This document shows positions 1-9,635 of a stretch of DNA of 64,000 nt, in pieces; within the stretch, counting starts at the first letter, position 1; each line of letters starts with the position of its first letter. Source of the DNA: a bacterium (lineage in GTDB: Bacteria; Sysuimicrobiota; Sysuimicrobiia; Sysuimicrobiales; Segetimicrobiaceae); NCBI GenBank assembly GCA_035308905.1, contig DATGFS010000030.1, positions 139,966 through 203,965 of the forward strand. Reading direction: 5' to 3'. Both the position numbers and the translations under genes were made by a program. Under the pieces are notes generated by a model. The model saw nothing but the letters and a program-made list of their open reading frames with translations. It made no database searches and was not told the origin of the DNA.

Positions 1-2828
1 TGCTCCAGAATCGGCCACAGCGCCCCGGGCCCCCCGTCTCCGCGACGGTCGACAATCGTCAGCGGCGCCCGGGGCGCCTGCTCGTGCACGATCGCCGTTG
101 CCGGGCACACGCGTGCGATGCCGCGGCAGAGCGTGCCGCTGCCCACGGCAAACACGGCCGCGCCGGCGAAGTCCGACACGGCCGCCCGCCAGTCCGGGGC
201 GGTGCCGCCGTCCACCACGACCGTCCCGACGCGAGGGGCAAACGCCGACACGCGGCCGGGTTCTCGCAGCACCTCCGTGGTGGCGACGAGCACGTCGACC
301 GCGCCGCGCCGCAGCATCTCGTCGAGCCGGTCCCGCGCCGTCAGCGGCAGAAGCCCGTGCGCGGTCTCGACGCAGACGCCGAGCGGCCGAAGGCGCGAGG
401 CCAGCTGCCCGGCCCGATGCACGGCGTGGCTCTTGGTGGGGACGACCACGAGCGCGCCGCGGCCGCCCGCGGCGGTCAGCGCGGCGGCCCCGGCGATCGC
501 GGTGGCCCGGCCGCGTCCCGGCGGCACCATGAGCGCCACCCGTCCTCCGCCGGCGAGCAGATCGAGCGCTTCGGCCAGCCCGGTCCGAAACGGCCGGCCG
601 CCGTTCAAGTAAATAGGAAGCCGCGCGAGTGCGTCCCGTACGCCTCCCGCCCGCCATCCGCGGACCGCCGCTCCCGGGCGCGAATCGGCCGCCCCGGCCG
701 GCGCCGGCGGGGCGAGCTCCTCCGGCGCGCGCTCGACGAACAGGTTGACGCCGGCCGCGCGCTCGCCGCCGCCGGTCACGCCGGCGACGGACGCGACGTA
801 GCGCACCCCGGCATCCATGAGCGGCGCGAGACGTCCGGCAAGCCGCGCGTTGAGGTATCCGACCGCGCCGCCGTCCTCGGTGCAGACCTGCACCGCGTGC
901 GGATCGTGGGGGTTCGCGGGTTCCCGGCGCAGCCGCACGCGGTCGCCCGCCCGCAGCGCCGCCACCACGGCCGGCCGGTCGCCGAACGTGACGCCGACGG
1001 CCTTGGTGTAGAACGCGGCCGCGTCTTCCACCGCCTCGTACCCGGCTTCACCGAGAAAGTCGTCCGCGCGCCGGAACAGGCGGTCCACGACGAGACCGGT
1101 ATCGCGCAGCACGGCGTCCAAGTCGATCCCGGGGACGTCGAGCGCGCGCAGGCGGAGACGCACGCGCTCGCCTGAGGGGGCCCCCCGGTCGATTTCCGGC
1201 GTGAACGCAAGGTCGACGGCCGCGCCGGTCAGGGTAAGCACGTCGATCCATCCCGCCATGGAGAACCCGATCGCATCGACAAACGTCGTCCCGTCCGTCA
1301 CGCCGATTCCGAGGTGCGCCCCGTCGCCGACGAGCCGGCGTGTGAGGGGGCGGACGTCACGCACACCGAGCACCGGGCTCGGATTGCCGAGACCAAACGG
1401 CGCCAGCCGGCCGAGCTCGGCGACGAGCGCCGGCGTCACGTCACCGAGCGTCACCTCCGCGTCGACCTGCACGCGCTCCGCGGGCCGGCCGGCCAGCGCC
1501 CCGGCGGCGCGCTCCGCGAAGCAGACGCGGAACGCGGGGATCGCGCCGGCCTCGATCGACAGCCCGGCGGCCATGGCGTGTCCGCCGAAGGCCACAAGGT
1601 GCTCGCCGCAGGCGGCCATGGCGCGCACGAGATCGAAGCCGGCCACGCTGCGCGCAGACCCGCGGCCGCCCGTTCCTGACAGGGCGATCGCCACCGCGGG
1701 GCGCCGGTACGCTTCGACGAGGCGTCCCGCGACCAATCCGACGACGCCGGGATGCCATCCCTCGCCCCCGACGACGATGCCCGCCGGCACACCCTCCGAC
1801 CGGGCCGCGCTCTCGACCTGGGCGACCGCGTCCGTCAGCACCTGGTCGAGGATCATCTGCCGCTCGCGATTCGCGTCGTCGAGCGCGTGTGCCAGCGCAC
1901 GCGCCTCCGCGGGATCGTCCGTCAGCAGAAGCTCGAGCGACGGGGTGGGGTCCCCGAGGCGGCCCGGCGCGTTGAGGCGCGGGGCGAGCTGCCATCCGAT
2001 GTGCCAGGCGTCCACCGGGCCCGCGATCGCCGCCTCCTCGAGCAGCGCCCGTACGCCGAGGGGAGGCTCCGTCCGCATCTGGTGAAGTCCCGCGGCGACG
2101 AGCCGGCGGTTGTCGCCGGTGAGCGGCACGACGTCGGCCACCGTTCCGAGCGCGGCGAGCGCCACAAGCCCGGCCGGCATCGCCGGCGCGCAGCCGAGCT
2201 CACGACGCAGTGCCCACGCGAAGAGAAACGCGAGGCCGGCCGCGCACGGCGCCGCGTCCTCGTCTCCGCGCACGCCCGGTTCGACAACGGCCGCGGCCGG
2301 CCGTTCCGGCGCCGGTTCGTGATGGTCGAGGACGACGACCTCGAGACCGAGCGCGCGCGCCCGGCCGACGGCGTCCACCGCGGTGATGCCGCAGTCGGCG
2401 GCGATCAGCAGTCCCGCGCCTTCGGCCGCGAGCGCTTCGACCGCCGGCACCCCGAGGCCGTAGCCGTCCCGGATCCGGTGCGGCAGGCGCGCACAAGGCG
2501 AAGCGCCGAGCGCCCGCAGGGTGCGCACGAGGATCGCCGTCGCGGTAATCCCGTCCACATCGTAGTCGCCGTGGATCGCGATCGGCCGGCCGGACCGGAC
2601 GGCGCCGGCCACCAACGCGACCGCCCCTTCCATCCCGGGGATTCGTGACGGATCGCCGAGATCGTCGAGGCACGGCGACAGAAACGCCCGCGCCGCCTCG
2701 AGCGTGGTCACGCCGCGGCGCCGCAGGAGCCCGGCGACCAGGGGAGACACCCCGAGGGCGCGTGCGAACTCCGCGGCACCCGCGTCCGCGGGCGCGACGT
2801 CCCACGCCGGCCGGTCGAGAACAGCCAT
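1..2828 (-). CDS. recJ: Single-stranded-DNA exonuclease RecJ (DHH/DHHA1/OB-fold core, start ATG 2828). It is fused in-frame to a C-terminal HIRAN domain and a further helicase-like region, and is 3'-partial because the frame stays open to position 1.
   Basis: Manual translation of the minus strand from 2828 gives MAVLDRPAWD...FARALGVSPLVAGLLRRRGVTTLEAARAFLSPCLDDLGDPSRIPGMEGAVALVAGAVRSGRPIAIHGDYDVDGITATAILVRT, the classic RecJ DHH motif. The OB-fold end (DAIGFSMAG...VRLRLRALDVPGID) falls near 1130. The frame then continues with no stop through VGVTFGDRPAVVAALRAGDRVRLRREPANPHDPHAVQVCTEDGGAVGYLNARLAGRLAPLMDAG (HIRAN consensus) and on to position 1. No ORF in this frame appears in the track, which fits an ORF running off the window edge. 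Confidence 0.8.
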   Translation of the reverse strand, partial: MAVLDRPAWDVAPADAGAAEFARALGVSPLVAGLLRRRGVTTLEAARAFLSPCLDDLGDPSRIPGMEGAVALVAGAVRSGRPIAIHGDYDVDGITATAILVRTLRALGASPCARLPHRIRDGYGLGVPAVEALAAEGAGLLIAADCGITAVDAVGRARALGLEVVVLDHHEPAPERPAAAVVEPGVRGDEDAAPCAAGLAFLFAWALRRELGCAPAMPAGLVALAALGTVADVVPLTGDNRRLVAAGLHQMRTEPPLGVRALLEEAAIAGPVDAWHIGWQLAPRLNAPGRLGDPTPSLELLLTDDPAEARALAHALDDANRERQMILDQVLTDAVAQVESAARSEGVPAGIVVGGEGWHPGVVGLVAGRLVEAYRRPAVAIALSGTGGRGSARSVAGFDLVRAMAACGEHLVAFGGHAMAAGLSIEAGAIPAFRVCFAERAAGALAGRPAERVQVDAEVTLGDVTPALVAELGRLAPFGLGNPSPVLGVRDVRPLTRRLVGDGAHLGIGVTDGTTFVDAIGFSMAGWIDVLTLTGAAVDLAFTPEIDRGAPSGERVRLRLRALDVPGIDLDAVLRDTGLVVDRLFRRADDFLGEAGYEAVEDAAAFYTKAVGVTFGDRPAVVAALRAGDRVRLRREPANPHDPHAVQVCTEDGGAVGYLNARLAGRLAPLMDAGVRYVASVAGVTGGGERAAGVNLFVERAPEELAPPAPAGAADSRPGAAVRGWRAGGVRDALARLPIYLNGGRPFRTGLAEALDLLAGGGRVALMVPPGRGRATAIAGAAALTAAGGRGALVVVPTKSHAVHRAGQLASRLRPLGVCVETAHGLLPLTARDRLDEMLRRGAVDVLVATTEVLREPGRVSAFAPRVGTVVVDGGTAPDWRAAVSDFAGAAVFAVGSGTLCRGIARVCPATAIVHEQAPRAPLTIVDRRGDGGPGALWPILE

Positions 2829-2888
2829 TATCCAACTATTATAGCGCGTTCGGGAAAATCGTCGCCGGTCAGGACAGGGCCCGGTCTC

Positions 2889-3230
2889 CTACCAGAGACG
2901 GCGCGTTTGACCGAGGTCGGACGATGTGTGCGAGGCGGGCGGAGCGGTCGCCGGCGGGACGTCGGGCGCGACGGGGGCCACGGCCGCTTGATGGGCCGCA
3001 AGCCGGCGCTCCAGATCGCGCAGGCGGCCGGCCAGATGGGCGTGCCGGGCCATCGACGGCAGGAACGTCAGCAGTGCCCCGAGGATGCCCGCGCCGACGA
3101 TCGCGAGCGCCAGCGACCCGGTGTAGATCGGCCACTGCCAGAACATCACGGTGACGGGGGTGGTGTTGCTGAGCGCGAACACCGTGGCCGCGAGGCAGAC
3201 GAGGATGAGCAGAACCGCGGCGCTCCGCAT
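2889..3230 (-). CDS. Small membrane protein, LapA-like (DUF1049: two TM helices plus a coiled-coil tail)
   Basis: The 113-aa ORF reads MRSAAVLLILVCLAATVFALS...WQWPIYTGSLALAIVGAGILGALLTFL followed by RLRDLERRLAAHQ, which matches the LapA/YciS domain architecture. It lies immediately downstream of secF in the same orientation. Confidence 0.55.
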   Translation of the reverse strand: MRSAAVLLILVCLAATVFALSNTTPVTVMFWQWPIYTGSLALAIVGAGILGALLTFLPSMARHAHLAGRLRDLERRLAAHQAAVAPVAPDVPPATAPPASHTSSDLGQTRRLW

Positions 3231-3240
3231 CCGGGGTCCT

Positions 3241-4287
3241 CTAGCGGCGGCGCCGGCGCCGCCGGCGCGACGTCACGGCGCGCGCGGCGCCGGGTACCAC
3301 CGCGGGCGCCTCGTCGGGCGTGCCCGCGCCGTCCGCGGCGGCCCGAACCTCGCGCGGCGTCTCGACCCGCTGCGGCCCGCGTCCGGGAGCCGCGGGAGCC
3401 CGCCGCTCGCCCCAGTTGTGCCAGTCGACCAGAATGCAGCTCGCGTTGAAGATCGAGGAGTAGCCGCCGGTGACGATGCTCACGACCAGGCCGAAGGCGA
3501 CGTCGCGGATCGTTTCCCCGCCGAAGACGTAGACCGCGCCGATCGCCAGCACGGCCGTCATCGCGGTGTTGATCGACCGCACCAGCGCCTCGAGAACGCT
3601 GCGGTTGACGAGGTGCTCGAACGGCTCGCGCGTCCGCATGCCGAGGTTCTCGCGAATCCGGTCGAAAATGACGATCGTGTCGTTGATCGAGTAGCCGGCC
3701 ACGGTCAGCAGCACGGCCAGGAACGACGAGTTGACCTCCCGCTGCGTCAGCGCGAACGCGCCGATGACGACCAGGAGGTCGTGGAGCAGCGCGATGTCCG
3801 CCGCGATCGCGAACCGCACCGAACGGAACCGGATCGAGATGAAGATGACCTGCAGCACGAGGCCGATCGCGACGCCGAGGATGGCGACGTTGCGCAGTTC
3901 GGCGCCGATCTCGGGGCCGACGGTATCCTCCCGCAGCATCGCCGTCGACGGCCACCGCGTCTTCGCCGCGTCGACGATGTCGTTCATCTGCGATTGCGAC
4001 AGCGGGCGGGTGCGGATGAACACCTCGGTGTCGCCGGACTTCTGGATGACCGCGTCGCCGAGCCCGAACCGGTCGAGCACCGATCGGACGTCCCCCACCG
4101 TGAACGGCTGGGTGATCCGCAGCTCGAGCGAGTTGCCGCCGGTGAAATCGACGCCCCAGTTGAGGGCGTGCCCGTCGTGCACGTGGTGGGCGTAGAGCGC
4201 GATCAGCCCGGGGAGGATGACGGCGAGCGACAGGGCGTACCACCAGCGCCGCCGGCCGATGATGTCGAAGGCGCGCACGTTACTCAC
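3241..4287 (-). CDS. secF: Protein translocase subunit SecF
   Basis: The 348-aa product has the SecF signature (FDIIGRRRWWYALSLAVIL...DFTGG...SIRFRSVRFAIAADIALLHD). It uses a GTG start overlapping the secD stop and carries a basic C-terminal tail. Confidence 0.93.
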   Translation of the reverse strand: MSNVRAFDIIGRRRWWYALSLAVILPGLIALYAHHVHDGHALNWGVDFTGGNSLELRITQPFTVGDVRSVLDRFGLGDAVIQKSGDTEVFIRTRPLSQSQMNDIVDAAKTRWPSTAMLREDTVGPEIGAELRNVAILGVAIGLVLQVIFISIRFRSVRFAIAADIALLHDLLVVIGAFALTQREVNSSFLAVLLTVAGYSINDTIVIFDRIRENLGMRTREPFEHLVNRSVLEALVRSINTAMTAVLAIGAVYVFGGETIRDVAFGLVVSIVTGGYSSIFNASCILVDWHNWGERRAPAAPGRGPQRVETPREVRAAADGAGTPDEAPAVVPGAARAVTSRRRRRRRR

Positions 4288-5710
4288 CGGCCCCGCCCCC
4301 GGATCCCCCGGCGGCCACGACCGACGGCTCCCGCGACCGGCCGGTCCATGCCAGCGACTGAATGTAGCGCGCCAGGCTCGTCTCCAGGATGAGATCGACG
4401 AAGACGCGCGTCACGACGATCGCGGTGAAGATGCTGGTGAGAATGCCGAGGATCAGCGTCACGGCGAAGCCGCGCACCGGGCCGGTGCCCAGCCACAAGA
4501 GGACCGCCGCGCCGATCAGCGTCGTCGTGTTCGAGTCGAAAATCGTGACCACCGCGCGGTTCCATCCCGTCGACACGGAGGCGCGGAGCGTCTTGTGGCC
4601 GCGCAGCTCTTCCTTGACCTTTTCGAAGATGATGACGTTCGCGTCGACCGCGACGCCGAGCGACAGGATGAACCCCGCGATGCCCGGCAGCGTGAGCGTG
4701 GCGCCGAGTGCCGTCAGCAGCGCGAACAGGATCAGCGTGTAGACGACGAGGGCCAGGTCGGCGAGGATGCCGGCGAGCCGGTAGTACAGCAGCATGAAGA
4801 GCCCGACCATGACGATCGCGACGTAGCCGGCGTGCACGCTGCGGTCGATCGAGTCGCGCCCGAGCAGCGGGCCGACGGTCCGGTTCTCCACCACGTGCAC
4901 GGGCAGCGGCAGCGCGCCGCCGCGCAGCAGCACGGCGAGTTCGCGCGCGGACTCGAGCGTAAACCCGCCTTCGATCACGCCCTTTCCGCCGGGGATCGGG
5001 GACTGAATCACCGGCGAGCTGATGACGACGTTGTCGAGCACGATCGTGAGGTACTTGCCGACGTTCTTCGTCGTGTAGTCTTCGAACGTTTTGGCGGCGG
5101 AGCTCTTGAACGTAAATCCGACCTGGGGGCGCCCGAACTGGTCGAACTGGACCTGCGCGTCGCTGAGGTCGGCGCCGGTGAGGATCACCTTCTTCGGGAC
5201 GTGCTGGGTCGTCTTATCCGGGAGCACCGAGGTGTCGACGCCCTGCCACGTGGTCCCCGCCGGCAGCGAGACCGGACCGGTGTCGACGAACTCCAGCAGC
5301 GCGGTCTTGCCGATGAGGTCGATGGCGCGCTGCGGATTTTGAATGCCGGGCAGCTCGACGAGGATGCGGTTCGGGCCCTGGCGGGTGATCGCGGGCTCGG
5401 CGAGGCCGAGCTGGTCGACGCGGTTGCGAATGATGCGCAGCACGCCGTCCATCGCATCGTTCGTGACCTGCGTCTGCGCGGTCGGCTCGGCCTGCAGCAC
5501 GATGTGGCTCCCGCCCTGCAGGTCGAGCCCGAGGTTCAGGTGCGGCCGCGGCGTCTGCAGCATCGGTGTCGCGCCGACGAGGCGAACCGGTTGAAACGCG
5601 ACGAAGAACGCAGCCAGCGCGATCAGCACGACGCCCAAGAGCCTGACCGGATTGCCGAGCTTCACCCTGTGAGACCCCTCGAGAGCGTGATCGAAGCCGT
5701 CCGCAAACAA
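4280..5710 (-). CDS. secD: Protein translocase subunit SecD
   Basis: The 476-aa product has a SecD periplasmic domain and the C-terminal 6-TM SecDF module (LDLQGGSHIVLQ...ILSLGVAVDANVIIFEKVKEE). It is translationally coupled to secF. Confidence 0.93.
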   Translation of the reverse strand: MFADGFDHALEGSHRVKLGNPVRLLGVVLIALAAFFVAFQPVRLVGATPMLQTPRPHLNLGLDLQGGSHIVLQAEPTAQTQVTNDAMDGVLRIIRNRVDQLGLAEPAITRQGPNRILVELPGIQNPQRAIDLIGKTALLEFVDTGPVSLPAGTTWQGVDTSVLPDKTTQHVPKKVILTGADLSDAQVQFDQFGRPQVGFTFKSSAAKTFEDYTTKNVGKYLTIVLDNVVISSPVIQSPIPGGKGVIEGGFTLESARELAVLLRGGALPLPVHVVENRTVGPLLGRDSIDRSVHAGYVAIVMVGLFMLLYYRLAGILADLALVVYTLILFALLTALGATLTLPGIAGFILSLGVAVDANVIIFEKVKEELRGHKTLRASVSTGWNRAVVTIFDSNTTTLIGAAVLLWLGTGPVRGFAVTLILGILTSIFTAIVVTRVFVDLILETSLARYIQSLAWTGRSREPSVVAAGGSGGGAGE

Positions 5711-5821
5711 AAAAAGCCTTGCGAACGCGTTTCATTATATCGGCGGCGCACGGCGAGTGTCAAACCTGCGCCCCGCGCCGGGCGCGACGGCGGGCCGGCG
5801 GCTGAGTCCGCGGCCGCCGCG

Positions 5822-6799
5822 TCAACGCAGGTCGCCCGGCTCGACGGCCGCGGGGCGAAACGGATCGCGCCGCGCGTTACGCCGGCCCTCGAGGACGTCG
5901 GCTTCGCGCCCCGGCGCCGGACGGTAGTGGGTCTCGAAGAACCCGAGCGCCGACTCCGCGAGGAGATGGTACGCGGCGGAGAAGATGCCGCGCGCCTCGA
6001 CGCCGTTCCAGCGCTCCGGCAGCACGTCCGCCGGCAGCCCCGGATCGACGAACAAAAATTTCCGGAACTCGTGCACGAGCCGCGTCTTCTCGCGGAACGC
6101 CTCCCCGCCCGGGAGGTCGAGGCCGCTGCCCGTCCGGGCCGCCGCCGCCCGCCAGGCGGCCAGGCGGGGCCGCCACGCATCTGCGAACGCGCCGTAGGCC
6201 GCGTCGATCGCCGGCAGGTCCCAATGCCGCGCGGCGAATGCCGCCGCGCCGCCGCCGGCGAGCCCGGCCGCAAACATCTCCGCGGGCCCGGCCCCGAACG
6301 CGTAGCGCTCCGCGAGCGCGGGCATCCGATTGAGGAGATCGTTGGGCGTCACGTGCACGCCGCGGGCAAGCGGCGCGAACCCCATCCACTCCAATTCACG
6401 CCGCAGCGCGGCGCGGCGCTCCCGGTCCGAGGCGGCCGGCAGGATGACGATCCGCCACAACCCGTCCCACCGCTCCGGACGCAGCTTGAAGATGCGGCCC
6501 GCCGCCTCTTCGATGCGGGCCTCGCCGCGGGGCGTGAGCGCGTAGTAGCCGGCGCGCCCGGCACGGATCGCGGCCAGCCAGCCCTGCCGCGTCGTTCGCG
6601 ACACCGCGGCGCGCACCGCCGACCCCGTAAAGCCGAGTTCGCCCATCAACGTGATCAGGCTGCCGATCCAGATGGTGCCGCCGTAATGGCGGACGTAGTC
6701 GCCAAACAGCGTGAAGAGCATCGACCGGGCGTGCATCCCGGTCGCGGCCGCGGGCGCCTCGCCAAGACCGGGGGGCGGCGTCGCGGGCATCTGCGCCAC
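5822..6799 (-). CDS. paaX: PaaX-family transcriptional regulator (phenylacetate catabolism repressor-like)
   Basis: The 325-aa product begins SMLFTLFGDYVRHYGGTIWIGSLITLMGELGF...VSRTTRQGWL, the PaaX N-terminal wHTH, and continues with the PaaX C-terminal domain. Confidence 0.75.
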   Translation of the reverse strand: MAQMPATPPPGLGEAPAAATGMHARSMLFTLFGDYVRHYGGTIWIGSLITLMGELGFTGSAVRAAVSRTTRQGWLAAIRAGRAGYYALTPRGEARIEEAAGRIFKLRPERWDGLWRIVILPAASDRERRAALRRELEWMGFAPLARGVHVTPNDLLNRMPALAERYAFGAGPAEMFAAGLAGGGAAAFAARHWDLPAIDAAYGAFADAWRPRLAAWRAAAARTGSGLDLPGGEAFREKTRLVHEFRKFLFVDPGLPADVLPERWNGVEARGIFSAAYHLLAESALGFFETHYRPAPGREADVLEGRRNARRDPFRPAAVEPGDLR

Positions 6800-6805
6800 C
6801 CGCCG

Positions 6806-8008
6806 CTAGGCGAGCCCTTCGACGATCGTCGCGATCCCCTGGCCGACGCCGATGCACATCGTCGCGAGCCCCCACCGCGCGCGCCGCCGGTCCATCTCGC
6901 GGACCAGCGTGAGGAGCAGGCGGGCGCCGCTCGCGCCGATCGGATGGCCGAGGGCGATCGCTCCGCCGTTCACGTTGAGCCGGGACCGGTCGATGCCAAG
7001 ATCGCGGACGCAGGCCAGCACCTGCGACGCGAACGCCTCGTTGAGCTCGATCAGATCGATCTCGTCGAGCGTGCGCCCGGCGCGGATCAGCGCCTTCTGC
7101 GTCGCGGGCACCGGGCCGATGCCCATATACGATGGATCGACGCCCGCGGCGGCCATCGCGGCGATCCGCGCGAGCGGCCGGCGGCCGTGCCGCTCCGCCC
7201 ATTCCGCGGAGGTCACGAGCAGGCACGCGGCGCCGTCGTTGATGCCCGAGGAGTTGCCCGCCGTGACGGTGCCGGCCGGCCGAAACGCCGGGCGCAGCGT
7301 CGCAAGGGTCTCGAAGGTCGTGTCCGGCCGCGGATGTTCATCGGTGTCGACGACGGTGGCGTCGCCGCGGGCCCGCGCGACGGTGACCGGGACGATCTCT
7401 TCCGCGAGGCGGCCCTCCCGCTGCGCGGCGGCGGCGCGCCGCTGGCTCTCCACGGCAAACTCGTCCTGCTCCTCGCGCGAGATGCCGTACCGCTCCGCCA
7501 CGTTTTCCGCGGTCTCGCCCATGCTGTAGAGCGGGAAGCGCTCCTCGAGCCGCGGGTTCGGAAAGCGCCAGCCGATCGTCGTATCTTGCAGGACCTGCGT
7601 GCCGCGGGGAAACGCGTGCGCCGGCTTGCCCATCACGAACGGCGCGCGGGTCATGCTCTCCACGCCGCCCGCGAGATACACGTCGCCGTCGCCGCCGGCG
7701 ATCGCACGCGCCGCGGCGTGGACGGCCTGCATCCCCGATCCGCAGAGCCGGTTGACGGTCTGTCCGGGGACGCCGTCCGGCAGGCCGGCCAGCAGCACCG
7801 CCATGCGCGCGACGTTGCGGTTGTCCTCGCCCGCCTGATTGGTGCAGCCCATCACGACGTCCTCGATCTCGGCCGGGTCGAGCGTGTTGCGCTGGACGAT
7901 CGATTCGATCATCCTGGCCGCGAGGTCGTCCGCCCTGACGTCGCGCAGCGCGCCGCCGTAGCGGCCGATCGCACTCCGCACGCCGTCGACAATCACCACG
8001 TCCCGCAT
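6806..8008 (-). CDS. Acetyl-CoA C-acyltransferase / 3-oxoadipyl-CoA thiolase (thiolase II family)
   Basis: The 400-aa product has the thiolase motifs ([11 protein letters not shown]...GVESMTRAP...[20 protein letters not shown]...CIGVGQGIA). Its position next to paaX suggests a PaaJ/PcaF-like role. Confidence 0.9.
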   Translation of the reverse strand: MRDVVIVDGVRSAIGRYGGALRDVRADDLAARMIESIVQRNTLDPAEIEDVVMGCTNQAGEDNRNVARMAVLLAGLPDGVPGQTVNRLCGSGMQAVHAAARAIAGGDGDVYLAGGVESMTRAPFVMGKPAHAFPRGTQVLQDTTIGWRFPNPRLEERFPLYSMGETAENVAERYGISREEQDEFAVESQRRAAAAQREGRLAEEIVPVTVARARGDATVVDTDEHPRPDTTFETLATLRPAFRPAGTVTAGNSSGINDGAACLLVTSAEWAERHGRRPLARIAAMAAAGVDPSYMGIGPVPATQKALIRAGRTLDEIDLIELNEAFASQVLACVRDLGIDRSRLNVNGGAIALGHPIGASGARLLLTLVREMDRRRARWGLATMCIGVGQGIATIVEGLA

Positions 8009-8059
8009 GTGTCGCGTCCCTCCACGATTCTCCGGCCGTCCACGCGCGCCCGGCGCGCC

Positions 8060-8854
8060 TTAGCGTCCCACGTACGCCGGCGCCCGTTTGGCGAGGAACG
8101 CCGCCACGCCCTCGCGGTGATCCTCGGACCGGCCGGCGATCTCCTGAAGGTAGGCCTCGTATTCGAGCGCCCCGCGCAGGTCGAGAGCGAGGGCGCGGTC
8201 CACGCCCCGCTTGATCAGCCCGTAGGCCCGCGTCGGTCCCTGGGCGAGCCGCGCGGCCCACTCCAGCGCGCGCGGCATCAGGTCGTCCGCCGGCACCACC
8301 CGGTTCACGAGCCCCAGCCGCTCGGAGGCGGCCGCGTCCACCGGCTCTGCAAAGAACATCATCTCGAGCGCGCGTCCGACGCCTACGAACCGCGGCAGCA
8401 GCCACGTGCCGCCCGAGTCCGGAATCAGGCCGACCCGCGTGAACACCTCGATGAAGCTGGCCCGGTCCGACGCCACGCGCAGGTCGGCGGCCAGCGCGAG
8501 GTTGCAGCCTGCGCCGGCGGCGACGCCGTTGACCGCGGCGACGACGGGCTTCTCCGTCGTCCGCAGACGGAGGATGATCCGGTTATACCGCGCGCGCAGC
8601 AGCGCGCCGAGCGAGGTTTCCCCCGGCGTGTGTCCGCGCAGGTCGGCGCCGGAGCAAAAGGCGCGGCCCGCGCCCGTCAGCACGACGCAGCGCACCTGCG
8701 CGTCGCCGTCGGCCTTGGCGAGCGCGTCCAACAGCTCCTCGCCCAGCTTGGCGTCGAAGGCGTTGAGCACGTCGGGCCGGTTGAGCGTGATCACCCGCAC
8801 GCCCTCGCGATCCTCGGTCAGCACCGTTTCGTACATCGCCGGGTTCCCTCCCAT
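8060..8854 (-). CDS. Enoyl-CoA hydratase/isomerase (crotonase family)
   Basis: The 264-aa product carries the crotonase fold motifs (VLTGAGRAFCSGADL...AAVNGVAAGAGCNLALAADLRVAS). Confidence 0.85.
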   Translation of the reverse strand: MGGNPAMYETVLTEDREGVRVITLNRPDVLNAFDAKLGEELLDALAKADGDAQVRCVVLTGAGRAFCSGADLRGHTPGETSLGALLRARYNRIILRLRTTEKPVVAAVNGVAAGAGCNLALAADLRVASDRASFIEVFTRVGLIPDSGGTWLLPRFVGVGRALEMMFFAEPVDAAASERLGLVNRVVPADDLMPRALEWAARLAQGPTRAYGLIKRGVDRALALDLRGALEYEAYLQEIAGRSEDHREGVAAFLAKRAPAYVGR

Positions 8855-8864
8855 CGGCTGCTCG

Positions 8865-9635
8865 TTACGCCCCCGCTTCGAGGACCGCGCGGGCCCGCTC
8901 GAAGACCGCGTCGAGCATCGGTTCGGTCAGCCTGCCGGTGTTGGTGTTCTGCCGGCTCGGATGATACGAGGCGATGAGCACCGGCCCGTGCGGCCCGAGG
9001 TTGTAGGCGGCTCCGTGCCCGAAGCGCAACGACCGCGTCGGCACCCCGCGCGAGGCGAACACGCGCCGGCAGACGTCGAACCCGATGCGGCCCAGGGCGA
9101 CGACCACCCGAACCCGCCGCAGCAGCGCGAGCTCTCGTTCGAGGAAGGGAAGGCAGCGGGCGATCTCCGCGGGCGCCGGCTTGTTCAACGGCGGCGCGCA
9201 GCGTACCGGCGCGGTCAGGTATGCATCGATCAGGCGCAGTCCGTCTCCTCGCCGCACCGACGTCGGCTGGCTGGCGAACCCCGCGCGATGCATCGCCCGG
9301 AACAGCCAGTCGCCGGAGCGGTCGCCGGTGAACATCCGGCCCGTGCGATTCGCCCCGTGCGCCGCGGGCGCCAGCCCCACGATCAGCAGGCGCGAGGCGG
9401 GATCGCCGAAGCCGGGGACCGGACGCCCCCAGTAGGTGCACGCCGAGAACTCACGTTTGCGGACCGCCGCCACCGCCTCACAGTGGCGGCGCAGACGCGG
9501 GCAGCGCGCGCACGCCACCACCTCGCGCGCCACCGCGCGCAGCGAGTCGCCCCGCGCGGGGAGCGGGCGTGCCGGCCGGCTCGCCGCCGGCAGCCGTGAA
9601 ATCGAAGCCGTCGGCGTGGTGGACGCGGCGGTCAC
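8865..9635 (-). CDS. Uracil-DNA glycosylase, family 4 (UdgA-like)
   Basis: The C-terminal ~210 aa of ORF 8865..10148 carry the family-4 UDG motifs (CARCPRL...[32 protein letters not shown]...HPS). The upstream ~170 aa are Arg-rich antisense junk and overlap a crotonase gene. The proposed start is the GTG at 9635, which forms a GTGA overlap with the stop of the upstream crotonase. Confidence 0.7.
   Translation of the reverse strand: MTAASTTPTASISRLPAASRPARPLPARGDSLRAVAREVVACARCPRLRRHCEAVAAVRKREFSACTYWGRPVPGFGDPASRLLIVGLAPAAHGANRTGRMFTGDRSGDWLFRAMHRAGFASQPTSVRRGDGLRLIDAYLTAPVRCAPPLNKPAPAEIARCLPFLERELALLRRVRVVVALGRIGFDVCRRVFASRGVPTRSLRFGHGAAYNLGPHGPVLIASYHPSRQNTNTGRLTEPMLDAVFERARAVLEAGA

Noticed and set aside
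901-960. Apparent one-base discrepancy between my reading of the printed sequence and the ORF track (ORFs 817..1011 and 776..1210 only translate as listed if a 'c' is moved from ~901 to ~958)
   Set aside because: This is most likely my own transcription error. It does not change any gene call, but it means base-exact claims from manual reading, such as the absence of a stop after RecJ, should be re-verified computationally.
84-8977. Very long plus-strand ORFs (e.g. 84..1175, 3151..4392, and the 1586-aa ORF at 4217..8977), together with the similar long ORFs at 12414..15017 (+), 15223..17421 (-), 22828..25479 (+) and 53241..57167 (+)
   Set aside because: They are Arg/Ala/Pro/Gly-rich, low in complexity, and lie exactly antisense to well-supported genes (recJ, secDF, thiolase, valS, lhr, lon, the FAD/Fe-S oxidase). 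They are typical open antisense frames of a 70% GC genome.
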